Notes under the pieces: generated by a model
What the model was told of the DNA's origin: nothing
What the model saw: only the letters and a program-made list of their open reading frames with translations
Databases searched by the model: none
Assembly: GCF_002854065.1 (NCBI RefSeq)
Contig: NZ_CP024147.1
DNA from: Escherichia coli
GTDB lineage: Bacteria > Pseudomonadota > Gammaproteobacteria > Enterobacterales > Enterobacteriaceae
DNA length: 64,000 nucleotides
Reading direction: 5' to 3' (one strand)
Part shown: positions 9,798 through 24,310 of the stretch, in pieces
Numbering within the stretch: position 1 is the stretch's first letter
Layout: every line of letters starts with the position of its first letter
Translations under genes and position numbers: made by a program

Positions 9798-10196
9798 TAG
9801 GCCGGATAAGGCGCTCGTGCCGCATCCGGCAATCAATGCCTGATGCGACGCTGTCGCGTCTTATCAGGCCTACAACTATTGCCGACCTGTAGGCCGGATA
9901 AGGCACTTGTGCCGCATCCGGCAATCAATGCCTGATGCGACGCTGTTGCGTCTTATCAGGCCTACAACTGTTGCCGACCTGTAGGCCGGATAAGGCACTT
10001 GTGCCGCATCCGGCAATCAATGCCTGATGCGACGCTGTCGCGTCTTATCAGGCCTACAACTATTGCCGACCTGTAGGCCGGATAAGGCACTTGTGCCGCA
10101 TCCGGCAATCAATGCCTGATGCGATGTCGCGTCTTATCAGGCCTACAACTGTTGCCGACCTGTAGGCCGGATAAGGCACTTGTGCCGCATCCGGCA
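9798..10196. repeat. BIME/REP array: about four tandem ~100-bp units, each with two REP palindromes
   Basis: Unit gtaggccggataaggcRctYgtgccgcatccggcaatcaatgcctgatgcgacgctgtYgcgtcttatcaggcctacaactRttgccgacct repeats head-to-tail with point differences. Confidence 0.85.
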
Positions 10197-10200
10197 GTGT

Positions 10201-13213
<3,013 letters not shown>

Positions 13214-14050
13214 ATGACCGTATTACATAGTGTGGATTTTTTTCCGTCTGGTAACGCGTCCGTGGCGATAGAACCCCGGCTCCCGCAGGCGGATTTTCCT
13301 GAACATCATCATGATTTTCATGAAATTGTGATTGTCGAACATGGCACGGGTATTCATGTGTTTAATGGGCAGCCCTATACCATCACCGGTGGCACGGTCT
13401 GTTTTGTGCGCGACCATGATCGGCATCTGTATGAACATACCGATAATCTGTGTCTGACCAATGTGCTATATCGCTCGCCGGATCGATTTCAGTTTCTCGC
13501 CGGGCTGAATCAGTTGCTGCCACAAGAGCTGGATGGGCAGTATCCGTCTCACTGGCGCGTTAACCACAGCGTATTGCAGCAGGTGCGACAGCTGGTTGCA
13601 CAGATGGAACAGCAGGAAGGGGAAAATGATTTACCCTCGACCGCCAGTCGCGAGATCTTGTTTATGCAATTACTGCTCTTGCTGCGTAAAAGCAGTTTGC
13701 AGGAGAACCTGGAAAACAGCGCATCACGTCTCAACTTGCTTCTGGCCTGGCTGGAGGACCATTTTGCCGATGAGGTGAATTGGGATGCCGTGGCGGATCA
13801 ATTTTCTCTTTCGCTGCGTACGCTACATCGGCAGCTTAAGCAGCAAACGGGACTGACGCCTCAGCGTTACCTGAACCGCCTGCGACTGATGAAGGCTCGA
13901 CATCTGCTACGTCACAGCGAGGCCAGCGTTACTGACATCGCCTATCATTGCGGATTCAGCGACAGTAACCACTTTTCAACGCTTTTTCGCCGAGAGTTTA
14001 ACTGGTCACCGCGTGATATTCGTCAGGGACGGGATGGCTTTCTGCAATAA
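13214..14050 (+). CDS. rhaS: AraC-family activator RhaS
   Basis: 278-aa ORF with C-terminal AraC-type HTH. Confidence 0.95.
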   Translation: MTVLHSVDFFPSGNASVAIEPRLPQADFPEHHHDFHEIVIVEHGTGIHVFNGQPYTITGGTVCFVRDHDRHLYEHTDNLCLTNVLYRSPDRFQFLAGLNQLLPQELDGQYPSHWRVNHSVLQQVRQLVAQMEQQEGENDLPSTASREILFMQLLLLLRKSSLQENLENSASRLNLLLAWLEDHFADEVNWDAVADQFSLSLRTLHRQLKQQTGLTPQRYLNRLRLMKARHLLRHSEASVTDIAYHCGFSDSNHFSTLFRREFNWSPRDIRQGRDGFLQ

Positions 14051-14123
14051 CGCGAATCTTCTCAACGTATTTGTACGCCATATTGCGAATAATCAACTTC
14101 GTTCTCTGGCCGAGGTAGCCACG

Positions 14124-14972
14124 GTGGCGCATCAGTTAAAACTTCTCAAAGATGATTTTTTTGCCAGCGACCAGCAGGCAGTCGCTGTGGCTGACCGTTA
14201 TCCGCAAGATGTCTTTGCTGAACATACACATGATTTTTGTGAGCTGGTGATTGTCTGGCGCGGTAATGGTCTGCATGTACTCAACGATCGCCCTTATCGC
14301 ATTACCCGTGGCGATCTCTTTTACATTCATGCTGACGATAAACACTCCTACGCTTCCGTTAACGATCTGGTTTTGCAGAATATTATTTATTGCCCGGAGC
14401 GGCTGAAGCTGAATCTTGACTGGCAGGGGGCGATTCCGGGATTTAGCGCCAGCGCAGGGCAACCACACTGGCGCTTAGGTAGCATGGGGATGGCACAGGC
14501 GCGGCAGGTTATCGGTCAGCTTGAGCATGAAAGTAGTCAGCATGTGCCGTTTGCTAACGAAATGGCAGAGTTGCTGTTCGGGCAGTTGGTGATGTTGCTG
14601 AATCGCCATCGTTACACCAGTGATTCGTTGCCGCCAACATCCAGCGAAACGTTGCTGGATAAGCTGATTACCCGGTTGGCGGCTAGCCTGAAAAGTCCCT
14701 TTGCGCTGGATAAATTTTGTGATGAGGCATCGTGCAGTGAGCGCGTTTTGCGTCAGCAATTTCGCCAGCAGACTGGAATGACCATCAATCAATATCTGCG
14801 GCAGGTCAGAGTGTGTCATGCGCAATATCTTCTCCAGCATAGCCGCCTGTTAATCAGTGATATTTCGACCGAATGTGGCTTTGAAGATAGTAACTATTTT
14901 TCGGTGGTGTTTACCCGGGAAACCGGGATGACGCCCAGCCAGTGGCGCCATCTCAATTCGCAGAAAGATTAA
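14124..14972 (+). CDS. rhaR: AraC-family activator RhaR (GTG start assumed at VAHQLKLL)
   Basis: ORF-track call starts earlier at 14013; start chosen to give the 282-aa protein I recall. Confidence 0.8.
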
Positions 14973-16003
14973 TTCGCCATGCCGATGCCGACGATGTTAG
15001 CGGCGACAATAATCACCACACAACCGAGGCTCAACACCGTTACCGGACGGCGTCCTGCATTGTTCCACTCTTTCAGCTCCAGCCCGACGATACCGCCGCA
15101 CAATACATAGAAACTCATATGCAGCATCCAACTGATGTAGTCATACTGCGCCGGAATGCGGGCGTGGCCCCAGGCATAGAAAAAGAATTGCAGATACCAC
15201 ATCAACCCGCCCAGTGCCGAGAGTAACACATTGTGAATGATCAGCGATTTTGCCAGCGAGAAGTCGGATTTTAGCGACAAATCCTTCACTTTTGCCAGAC
15301 GAATAAAACAGAAACCGAGGTTAATGATCGCGCCGCCGCCCATGATGACAACATAGCTTGGCAGAGCGACATACAGTGGATCGACGCCTAGTGCGGCAGC
15401 GGCTTCATGCATCGGTTTTGCGGCGTTCATCGCAAAGGACATCCCGGCAGAGAAAATGCCGCACATCACCGCCAGCACCAGTCCTTTTTTCAGATTGAAC
15501 TCTTCGGCTTTAATGCCCATCTTGCGCTCTTTCAACTGCCCGGCTCGAGTTACAATCCCTACGCCAATCAGCGCCACCAGAACGCCGAGCAACGTCATGC
15601 GTCCGCCTTCGGTGCTAATCAACACATCGAAATTGCCGTTGATAATTGGCGTCATCAGCGTACCGACAATCAACGTAATGCCAATGGCGATGCCAATTCC
15701 CATCGACATGCCGAGATAACGCATGGTCAGGCCGTAGTTGATATTACCGATCCCCCACATAGCGCCGAACAGAAAAACAGGCAGCAGCGTAGAGAGACTA
15801 AACGAGCTGTAATACGCCCAGAAATTCGGTAGTAACAGGGCGCTGATGGCCCACGGCAGAATAATCCACGAAACAATCCCACCGACTGACCACATGGTTT
15901 CCCATGACCATTTTTTTACTTTTTTGAACGGAGCGTAAAAACAGGCTGCACTGGCCGCGCCGATCAAATGCCAAAATATCCCCATCGTAATCGCGTTACT
16001 CAT
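14969..16003 (-). CDS. rhaT: L-rhamnose-proton symporter
   Basis: 344-aa polytopic membrane protein. Confidence 0.95.
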
Positions 16004-16287
16004 CTTCTTATCCTCATCATTTTTCGTCGCGTCACATCTCCGACGAGATGAGTGTAAAAATCGTGCTGTCGATTAACCTTTCGCCTGTTGCCGCCGTTGT
16101 CGATTTACTGGCAATCACGGCATTAAGTGGGTGATTTGCTTCACATCTCGGGCATTTTCCTGCAAAACCATACCCTTACGAAAAGTACGGCATTGATAAT
16201 CATTTTCAATATCATTTAATTAACTATAATGAACCAACTGCTTACGCGGCATTAACAATCGGCCGCCCGACAATACTGGAGATGAAT

Positions 16288-16908
16288 ATGAGCTATACCC
16301 TGCCATCCCTGCCGTATGCTTACGATGCCCTGGAACCGCACTTCGATAAGCAGACCATGGAAATCCACCACACCAAACACCATCAGACCTACGTCAACAA
16401 CGCCAACGCGGCGTTGGAAAGCCTGCCAGAATTTGCCAACCTGCCGGTTGAAGAGCTGATCACCAAACTGGACCAGCTGCCAGCAGACAAGAAAACCGTA
16501 CTGCGCAACAACGCTGGCGGTCACGCTAACCACAGCCTGTTCTGGAAAGGTCTGAAAAAAGGCACCACCCTGCAGGGTGACCTGAAAGCGGCTATCGAAC
16601 GTGACTTCGGCTCCGTTGATAACTTCAAAGCAGAATTTGAAAAAGCGGCAGCTTCCCGCTTTGGTTCCGGCTGGGCATGGCTGGTGCTGAAAGGCGATAA
16701 ACTGGCGGTGGTTTCTACTGCTAACCAGGACTCCCCGCTGATGGGTGAAGCTATTTCTGGCGCTTCCGGCTTCCCGATTCTGGGCCTGGATGTGTGGGAA
16801 CATGCTTACTACCTGAAATTCCAGAACCGCCGTCCGGACTACATCAAAGAGTTCTGGAACGTGGTGAACTGGGACGAAGCAGCGGCACGTTTCGCGGCGA
16901 AAAAATAA
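16288..16908 (+). CDS. sodA: Manganese superoxide dismutase
   Basis: [32 protein letters not shown]...; Fur-box-like AT-rich element upstream around 16196-16225. Confidence 0.95.
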   Translation: MSYTLPSLPYAYDALEPHFDKQTMEIHHTKHHQTYVNNANAALESLPEFANLPVEELITKLDQLPADKKTVLRNNAGGHANHSLFWKGLKKGTTLQGDLKAAIERDFGSVDNFKAEFEKAAASRFGSGWAWLVLKGDKLAVVSTANQDSPLMGEAISGASGFPILGLDVWEHAYYLKFQNRRPDYIKEFWNVVNWDEAAARFAAKK

Positions 16909-16963
16909 TCATTTGCCGTCTGCTGCAATGAGGCGTTTACGCCGCATATCAGCTTAAAAAATG

Positions 16964-16992
16964 AACCATCGCCAATGGCGGTGGTTTTTTTG
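16964..16992 (+). terminator. sodA rho-independent terminator
   Basis: ccatcgcc-aatg-ggcggtgg hairpin followed by T7. Confidence 0.5.
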
Positions 16993-17167
16993 TGATCAAT
17001 TTCAAAATAAAAACAATGATCCTATAAAAATAAAACAGTGTTTCAATTGATGTGGTTTTGATCACTTTTATTGATTAAATGAATGTCTATCTTCGTTTCC
17101 ATCAACACTGATGCTCCATTGAGGAATTACGCATCAGCCCTTAAAAATATGCCGACAGGTGATGGAA

Positions 17168-18151
17168 ATGCAGATAAAACGCTCGATTGAGAAAATCCCG
17201 GGGGGGATGATGCTCGTCCCGCTATTCCTTGGCGCACTGTGCCACACCTTCTCGCCGGGGGCGGGGAAATATTTTGGATCATTCACCAACGGGATGATTA
17301 CCGGTACGGTGCCCATTCTGGCGGTGTGGTTTTTTTGCATGGGGGCGTCAATAAAATTAAGCGCGACGGGAACGGTACTGCGTAAATCCGGTACGCTGGT
17401 GGTAACTAAAATTGCCGTCGCGTGGGTGGTTGCGGCAATTGCCTCGCGCATTATTCCGGAACATGGTGTTGAAGTTGGATTCTTTGCCGGACTTTCAACG
17501 CTGGCGCTGGTGGCGGCGATGGATATGACCAACGGCGGACTTTACGCTTCCATCATGCAGCAGTACGGCACAAAAGAAGAAGCTGGGGCATTTGTGTTGA
17601 TGTCGTTGGAGTCCGGGCCGCTCATGACGATGATTATTCTGGGCACTGCCGGGATTGCCTCGTTTGAACCGCATGTTTTCGTCGGCGCAGTATTACCGTT
17701 CCTGGTGGGCTTTGCCCTTGGGAACCTTGACCCTGAATTACGAGAATTTTTCAGCAAAGCGGTGCAGACGCTGATTCCATTCTTTGCCTTCGCACTAGGC
17801 AATACCATTGATTTGACTGTAATTGCCCAGACAGGTTTGCTGGGGATCCTGTTGGGTGTGGCAGTAATTATCGTGACCGGTATTCCGTTGATTATCGCCG
17901 ATAAATTGATTGGCGGTGGCGATGGCACTGCCGGAATTGCCGCTTCCAGTTCCGCAGGGGCCGCGGTAGCGACACCTGTGCTGATTGCAGAAATGGTGCC
18001 TGCGTTTAAACCGATGGCTCCGGCAGCAACTTCGCTGGTAGCGACGGCAGTCATTGTGACTTCGATTCTGGTGCCAATTCTTACCTCTATCTGGTCACGT
18101 AAAGTCAAAGCCAGAGCGGCGAAAATCGAAATTTTAGGTACGGTGAAATAA
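17168..18151 (+). CDS. kdgT: 2-keto-3-deoxygluconate permease
   Basis: 327 aa from [20 protein letters not shown]... Confidence 0.9.
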
Positions 18152-18299
18152 ACCTGCTTCCTTAATCCCCACCGCCGGATGAACTAACGTTCGTCCGGTT
18201 TGCTATTGAGTTCCTGCCTGGATACTTACCGCGAAAACAGCACGCCTGACATAAAATAAATATGGTCTAATGGGGAAATTTCTCGTGGAGAGGGAACAG

Positions 18300-18974
18300 A
18301 TGCGATATCCGGTTGATGTATACACAGGCAAGATTCAGGCTTATCCCGAAGGCAAACCCAGCGCAATTGCCAAAATCCAGGTTGATGGTGAGTTGATGCT
18401 GACGGAGCTGGGGCTGGAAGGTGACGAGCAGGCGGAGAAAAAGGTTCACGGCGGGCCAGACAGAGCGCTGTGTCATTATCCTCGTGAGCACTATCTCTAC
18501 TGGGCGCGGGAATTTCCGGAACAGGCGGAGTTGTTTGTTGCGCCTGCGTTTGGTGAAAATCTCTCAACCGACGGTCTGACGGAAAGTAATGTTTATATGG
18601 GCGATATTTTCCGCTGGGGAGAGGCATTAATTCAGGTCAGCCAGCCGCGCTCGCCTTGCTATAAACTCAATTACCATTTTGATATCAGCGATATAGCGCA
18701 GTTGATGCAAAACACGGGTAAAGTGGGCTGGCTATATAGCGTGATAGCGCCGGGGAAAGTGTCTGCGGACGCACCGCTGGAGCTGGTTTCCCGTGTCAGC
18801 GATGTGACCGTGCAGGAGGCTGCCGCCATCGCATGGCATATGCCGTTTGATGACGATCAGTATCACTGTTTACTCTCCGCCGCCGGGTTATCGAAAAGCT
18901 GGACGCGAACGATGCAAAAGCGCCGACTGAGCGGCAAGATCGAAGATTTTTCCCGCCGGTTGTGGGGAAAATAA
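18300..18974 (+). CDS. yiiM: MOSC-domain protein YiiM
   Basis: 224 aa from MRYPVDVYTGKIQAYPEGK... Confidence 0.85.
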   Translation: MRYPVDVYTGKIQAYPEGKPSAIAKIQVDGELMLTELGLEGDEQAEKKVHGGPDRALCHYPREHYLYWAREFPEQAELFVAPAFGENLSTDGLTESNVYMGDIFRWGEALIQVSQPRSPCYKLNYHFDISDIAQLMQNTGKVGWLYSVIAPGKVSADAPLELVSRVSDVTVQEAAAIAWHMPFDDDQYHCLLSAAGLSKSWTRTMQKRRLSGKIEDFSRRLWGK

Positions 18975-18983
18975 CCCCCGGAG

Positions 18984-19070
18984 TGTAGGCCTGATAAGAC
19001 GCTATCAGCGTCGCATCAGGCATCCTGCTCAAATGCCGGATGCGGCGTAAACGCCTTATCCTGCCTACAA
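18984..19070. repeat. REP/BIME element between yiiM and cpxA
   Basis: gtaggcctgataagacgc...gcgtcgcatcaggc and gccggatgcggcgtaaacgccttatcc palindromes. Confidence 0.6.
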
Positions 19071-19079
19071 ATGCGGAGT

Positions 19080-20453
19080 TTAACTCCGCTTATACAGCGG
19101 CAACCAAATCACCAGCCGTAAACCGCCCAGCGGGCTGTCTTCTGCCTTCACCCAGCCACGATGCTGCTGAATGGCGGTTTCAACAATCGCCAGCCCCAAA
19201 CCTGTACCGCCAGATTCACGATCGCGTGCTTCATCGGTCCGATAGAACGGACGGAAAATCTGTTCGCGATCTTCCGGGCTAACGCCAGGACCATCGTCGT
19301 CCACCGTAATGGTGATACCGTCTTTATCTACCGCAAAGCCCACTTCAATCTTCGTATGGGAATAACGCAGAGCATTACGAACAATGTTTTCCAGCGCACT
19401 TTCCAGGGCGTTCGGATTGCCGTACAGCGGCCACGGCCCAGGCGGGAAGTTAACTGTCAACGACTTGCCCATTTGCTCGGCTTCGAACGCCGCGTTATCC
19501 AGCACTTCGCCCCACAACTGGTTGGCTTTGATGGTCTCGCTTACCAGCGCGTTTTTTTGCTGATTACGTGACATCACCAACAGGTCGTTAATCATGCTGT
19601 CTAGACGTTGCGCTTCGGTTTCAATACGCTCCAGTTCTTTGCTTTCACCGCTACGACGGCGCAGTAACGCCGTACCCAGTTGCAGACGCGTCAGTGGCGT
19701 GCGCAGCTCGTGAGAGATATCAGAAAGCAGACGCTGCTGGGAGGTCATCATACGCTCCAGCGCGGTGACCATCTGGTTAAAACTGGCACCTGCGGCAAGG
19801 AATTCCTGTGGCCCCGCTTCCAGTTCCGGGTGCTGGCGTAAGTTTCCCTGGGCAACTTCATCGGCAGCGTTTTTCAGCTTACGCGCCGGTTTTGCCAGAC
19901 TCCAGGCCAACCACAACAGCAGCGGCGTACTGACCAACATGGTGACAATCAGCAGTAATAGCGGGCGGTCAAACAGTAAGTTAATGAAATCGGATTGAGA
20001 ACTGCTGGCCGGACGAATCAGATAAAGTTGGTAATTATCTTCGCCATCACGCACGGAGAACGGACCGACCAGTTCCACGCGGCCATACTTTTTCTTCTGC
20101 GGATGATCGGCGTTATCGGCCTGACCAATAAAGTTACGAATGATCTGCATTTCGCTGCGTTCAGCGCCGATCACGCGGCCTTCGGTGGTCACTAATAACA
20201 AACGCTGTCCTGGCGGTGCCCACTTATCAATCGCCCGGAACAGACGCCGCCACCACATTAAATCGTTGGGCGGATCGTTCGCCAGCTCCGCTTCAACATG
20301 CTGCTCAATCATCAGACCCTGACGCTGTTCGCTATCCAGAAGCTCGGTCATCTGGCGTGAATCGAGCTTGGGTAACATCAAAACCAACATCAACACCAGC
20401 GCCAGCGTCAGCCAGAAGATGGCGAAGATGCGCGCGGTTAAGCTGCCTATCAT
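19080..20453 (-). CDS. cpxA: Envelope-stress sensor histidine kinase CpxA
   Basis: 457-aa ORF. Confidence 0.95.
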   Translation of the reverse strand: MIGSLTARIFAIFWLTLALVLMLVLMLPKLDSRQMTELLDSEQRQGLMIEQHVEAELANDPPNDLMWWRRLFRAIDKWAPPGQRLLLVTTEGRVIGAERSEMQIIRNFIGQADNADHPQKKKYGRVELVGPFSVRDGEDNYQLYLIRPASSSQSDFINLLFDRPLLLLIVTMLVSTPLLLWLAWSLAKPARKLKNAADEVAQGNLRQHPELEAGPQEFLAAGASFNQMVTALERMMTSQQRLLSDISHELRTPLTRLQLGTALLRRRSGESKELERIETEAQRLDSMINDLLVMSRNQQKNALVSETIKANQLWGEVLDNAAFEAEQMGKSLTVNFPPGPWPLYGNPNALESALENIVRNALRYSHTKIEVGFAVDKDGITITVDDDGPGVSPEDREQIFRPFYRTDEARDRESGGTGLGLAIVETAIQQHRGWVKAEDSPLGGLRLVIWLPLYKRS

Positions 20454-21148
20454 GAAGCAGAAACCATCAGGTAGCCGCGACCACGCAAAGTTTTAAACCA
20501 CGGGTGACCATCTTTACGATCCGGCAGTTTACGACGCAGGTTGGAAATGTGCATATCGATAGCGCGGTCGAAAGGCGTCAGGCGTTTGCCCAGCACTTCC
20601 TGGCTTAAATGTTCACGGGAAACCACCTGACCCAGATGCTGTGCCAGCAAATAGAGCAGGGTAAACTCAGTACCGGTTAACTCCAGCGTTTGCCCGTCGA
20701 AGCTGGCTTCCTGACGGCCTGGATTCAGCACTAAGGCATCAACTTCCAGTGTCGGTGAACCGTTGTCGTTGTTTTGCTGTTGCTCGCTCCAGTGCGAACG
20801 GCGCAGGATCGCGCGAATACGTGCCACCAGCTCACGATCATTAAACGGTTTCGGGAGATAGTCATCTGCGCCCAGCTCAAGGCCGAGAACGCGATCAAGT
20901 TCACTGCCGCGCGCCGTCAACATAATGACAGGCGTCTGGTGTGTCTGGCGAAGTGCTTTTAATGTGTCGATACCATTTTTCTTCGGCATCATTACGTCAA
21001 GCAAAAGTAAATCAATGCTGTCGTCCAGAAGATCAAGCGCCTGTTCCCCATCGTGGGCAACAATCACGTTGAAGCCTTCCATCTCGAGCAGCTCCTTTAA
21101 TAGGGAAGTCAGCTCTCGGTCATCATCAACTAACAGGATTTTATTCAT
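20450..21148 (-). CDS. cpxR: Response regulator CpxR
   Basis: 232-aa ORF; 4-bp overlap with cpxA. Confidence 0.95.
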   Translation of the reverse strand: MNKILLVDDDRELTSLLKELLEMEGFNVIVAHDGEQALDLLDDSIDLLLLDVMMPKKNGIDTLKALRQTHQTPVIMLTARGSELDRVLGLELGADDYLPKPFNDRELVARIRAILRRSHWSEQQQNNDNGSPTLEVDALVLNPGRQEASFDGQTLELTGTEFTLLYLLAQHLGQVVSREHLSQEVLGKRLTPFDRAIDMHISNLRRKLPDRKDGHPWFKTLRGRGYLMVSAS

Positions 21149-21202
21149 TGTTTAAATACCTCCGAGGCAGAAATTACGTCATCAGACGTCGCTAATCCAT
21201 GA

Positions 21203-21219
21203 CTTTACGTTGTTTTACA
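21203..21219 (-). promoter_or_regulatory. CpxR box GTAAA-N5-GTAAA in the cpxRA/cpxP divergent region
   Basis: Minus-strand reading gtaaaacaacgtaaag matches the CpxR consensus tandem repeat. Confidence 0.55.
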
Positions 21220-21297
21220 CCCCCTGACGCATGTTTGCAGCCTGAATCGTAAACTCTCTATCGTTGAATCGCGACAGAAAGATTTTGGGAGCAAATG

Positions 21298-21798
21298 ATG
21301 CGCATAGTTACCGCTGCCGTCATGGCCTCAACGCTGGCAGTCAGTTCATTAAGCCACGCTGCTGAAGTCGGTTCAGGCGATAACTGGCATCCGGGTGAAG
21401 AACTTACGCAGCGCAGTACGCAGAGCCATATGTTCGACGGCATAAGTTTAACCGAACATCAGCGTCAGCAGATGCGAGATCTTATGCAACAGGCCCGGCA
21501 CGAACAGCCTCCTGTTAATGTTAGCGAACTGGAGACAATGCATCGCCTTGTCACCGCAGAAAATTTTGATGAAAACGCTGTGCGCGCACAGGCAGAAAAA
21601 ATGGCGAATGAGCAAATTGCTCGTCAGGTTGAGATGGCAAAAGTCCGCAACCAAATGTATCGCCTGTTAACGCCGGAGCAGCAAGCGGTTTTAAACGAGA
21701 AACATCAACAACGAATGGAGCAGTTGCGTGACGTGACGCAATGGCAAAAAAGTTCATCGTTGAAGCTATTGAGTAGTAGCAACTCACGTTCCCAGTAG
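21298..21798 (+). CDS. cpxP: Periplasmic Cpx pathway inhibitor/chaperone CpxP
   Basis: 166 aa with signal peptide. Confidence 0.9.
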
Positions 21799-21804
21799 TA
21801 AACC

Positions 21805-21867
21805 CTGTTTTCCTTGCCATAGACACCATCCCTGTCTTCCCCCACATGATGTGGGGGTTTTTTTTAT
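21805..21867 (+). ncRNA. cpxQ: cpxP 3' UTR and terminator hairpin; probable CpxQ small RNA
   Basis: About 60 nt between cpxP stop and the cccccacat...gtggggg-T8 terminator; CpxQ is known to be processed from this UTR; exact 5' end not determinable here. Confidence 0.45.
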
Positions 21868-21946
21868 CCTCAATTTGCCTGCTGCTTAATGCATTGCAGA
21901 TGATTTGCTTCCGTTATACTAGCGTCAGTTGATAGCGGGAGTATTT

Positions 21947-22849
21947 ATGAATCAATCTTATGGACGGCTGGTCAGTCGGGCGGCGATTGCTGCGACGGCG
22001 ATGGCTTCGCTGCTATTGCTGATTAAAATTTTTGCATGGTGGTATACCGGGTCGGTGAGTATTCTCGCCGCGCTGGTGGATTCGCTGGTGGATATCGGCG
22101 CGTCGTTGACGAATTTACTGGTGGTGCGATATTCCCTGCAACCTGCCGACGATAATCACTCGTTTGGTCACGGTAAAGCTGAGTCCCTCGCGGCGCTGGC
22201 GCAAAGTATGTTTATCTCCGGTTCGGCACTATTCCTGTTTTTGACGGGTATTCAACATCTGATATCTCCAACACCGATGACAGATCCAGGCGTCGGGGTT
22301 ATCGTGACAATTGTGGCGCTAATTTGTACGATTATCCTTGTCTCGTTTCAGCGTTGGGTGGTGCGCCGGACGCAAAGCCAGGCGGTGCGGGCTGATATGC
22401 TACATTACCAGTCTGATGTTATGATGAACGGCGCAATTCTGCTCGCGCTGGGGTTGTCCTGGTACGGCTGGCATCGCGCCGATGCTCTGTTTGCATTGGG
22501 AATCGGCATCTATATTTTATATAGCGCGTTACGCATGGGATATGAGGCGGTACAGTCATTACTGGATCGCGCATTACCTGATGAGGAACGGCAAGAAATT
22601 ATTGATATCGTGACTTCCTGGCCGGGTGTTAGCGGCGCTCACGATCTTCGCACGCGGCAGTCAGGGCCGACCCGCTTTATTCAGATTCATTTGGAAATGG
22701 AAGACTCTCTGCCTTTGGTTCAGGCACATATGGTGGCGGATCAGGTAGAGCAGGCTATTTTACGGCGTTTTCCGGGATCGGATGTGATTATCCATCAGGA
22801 CCCCTGTTCCGTCGTACCCAGGGAGGGTAAACGGTCTATGCTTTCATAA
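21947..22849 (+). CDS. fieF: Cation-diffusion facilitator (Zn/Fe efflux) FieF
   Basis: 300 aa from [21 protein letters not shown]... Confidence 0.9.
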
Positions 22850-23029
22850 TCAGTATAAAAGAGAGCCAGACCCGCATTTTGTGTATAAAATACCGCCATT
22901 TGGCCTGACCTGAATCAATTCAGCAGGAAGTGATTGTTATACTATTTGCACATTCGTTGGATCACTTCGATGTGCAAGAAGACTTCCGGCAACAGATTTC
23001 ATTTTGCATTCCAAAGTTCAGAGGTAGTC

Positions 23030-23992
23030 ATGATTAAGAAAATCGGTGTGTTGACAAGCGGCGGTGATGCGCCAGGCATGAACGCCGCAATTCGCGGGGT
23101 TGTTCGTTCTGCGCTGACAGAAGGTCTGGAAGTAATGGGCATTTATGACGGCTATCTGGGTCTGTATGAAGACCGTATGGTACAGCTAGACCGTTACAGC
23201 GTTTCTGACATGATCAACCGTGGCGGTACGTTCCTCGGTTCTGCGCGTTTCCCGGAATTCCGCGACGAGAACATCCGCGCCGTGGCTATCGAAAACCTGA
23301 AAAAACGTGGGATCGATGCGCTGGTGGTTATCGGCGGTGACGGTTCCTACATGGGTGCAATGCGTCTGACCGAAATGGGCTTCCCGTGCATCGGCCTGCC
23401 GGGTACTATCGACAACGACATCAAAGGCACTGACTACACTATCGGTTTCTTCACTGCGCTGAGCACCGTTGTAGAAGCGATCGACCGTCTGCGTGACACC
23501 TCTTCTTCTCACCAGCGTATTTCCGTGGTGGAAGTGATGGGCCGTTATTGTGGCGATCTGACGCTGGCTGCGGCTATTGCCGGTGGCTGTGAATTCGTTG
23601 TGGTTCCGGAAGTTGAATTCAGCCGTGAAGACCTGGTAAACGAAATCAAAGCGGGTATCGCGAAAGGTAAAAAACACGCGATCGTGGCGATTACCGAACA
23701 TATGTGTGATGTTGACGAACTGGCGCATTTCATCGAGAAAGAAACCGGTCGTGAAACCCGCGCAACTGTGCTGGGCCACATCCAGCGCGGTGGTTCTCCG
23801 GTGCCTTACGACCGTATTCTGGCTTCCCGTATGGGCGCTTACGCTATCGATCTGCTGCTGGCAGGTTACGGCGGTCGTTGCGTAGGTATCCAGAACGAAC
23901 AGCTGGTTCACCACGACATCATCGACGCTATCGAAAACATGAAGCGTCCGTTCAAAGGCGACTGGCTGGATTGCGCGAAAAAACTGTATTAA
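23030..23992 (+). CDS. pfkA: 6-phosphofructokinase I
   Basis: 320 aa from [23 protein letters not shown]... Confidence 0.95.
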
Positions 23993-24044
23993 TGATTTCG
24001 GAAAAAGGCAGATTCCTTTAGCCTGAAACCGATGACAGAAGCAA

Positions 24045-24158
24045 AAATGCCTGATTCGCTTCGCTTATCAGGCCTACGTGAATTCTGCAATTTATTGAAT
24101 TTACAAACTTTTGTAGGCCGGATAAGGCGTTCGCGCCGCATCCGGCATTGATAAAGCG
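24045..24158. repeat. REP/BIME pair between pfkA and sbp
   Basis: Two REP palindromes separated by attctgcaatttattgaatttacaa. Confidence 0.6.
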
Positions 24159-24310
24159 CACTTTGTCAGCAATATGAGGCGGATTTCTTCCGCCTTTTTA
24201 ACCCCCAACATATACCCGCAAGTTATAGCCAATCTTTTTTTATTCTTTAATGTTTGGTTAACCTTCTGGCACGCTTTGCTCATCACAACACAACATAAGA
24301 GAGTCGGGCG

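Noticed and set aside
8929-9924. N-terminally extended ORF-track calls (rhaD 331 aa; also rhaR, cdh, glpK, priA, metB, metJ, katG, gldA, yijE, fieF, pfkA)
   Set aside because: Extensions run into REP repeats or promoter regions; internal starts reproduce the known protein N-termini.
9798-10196. Tandem ~100-bp repeats that could be mistaken for a CRISPR array
   Set aside because: Units are contiguous with no unique spacers, are ~100 bp not ~29 bp, and carry REP palindromes; no cas genes nearby. Called BIME/REP.
18226-18627. 133-aa minus-strand ORF overlapping the yiiM 5' region
   Set aside because: Antisense to yiiM; Pro/Arg-rich low-complexity translation.
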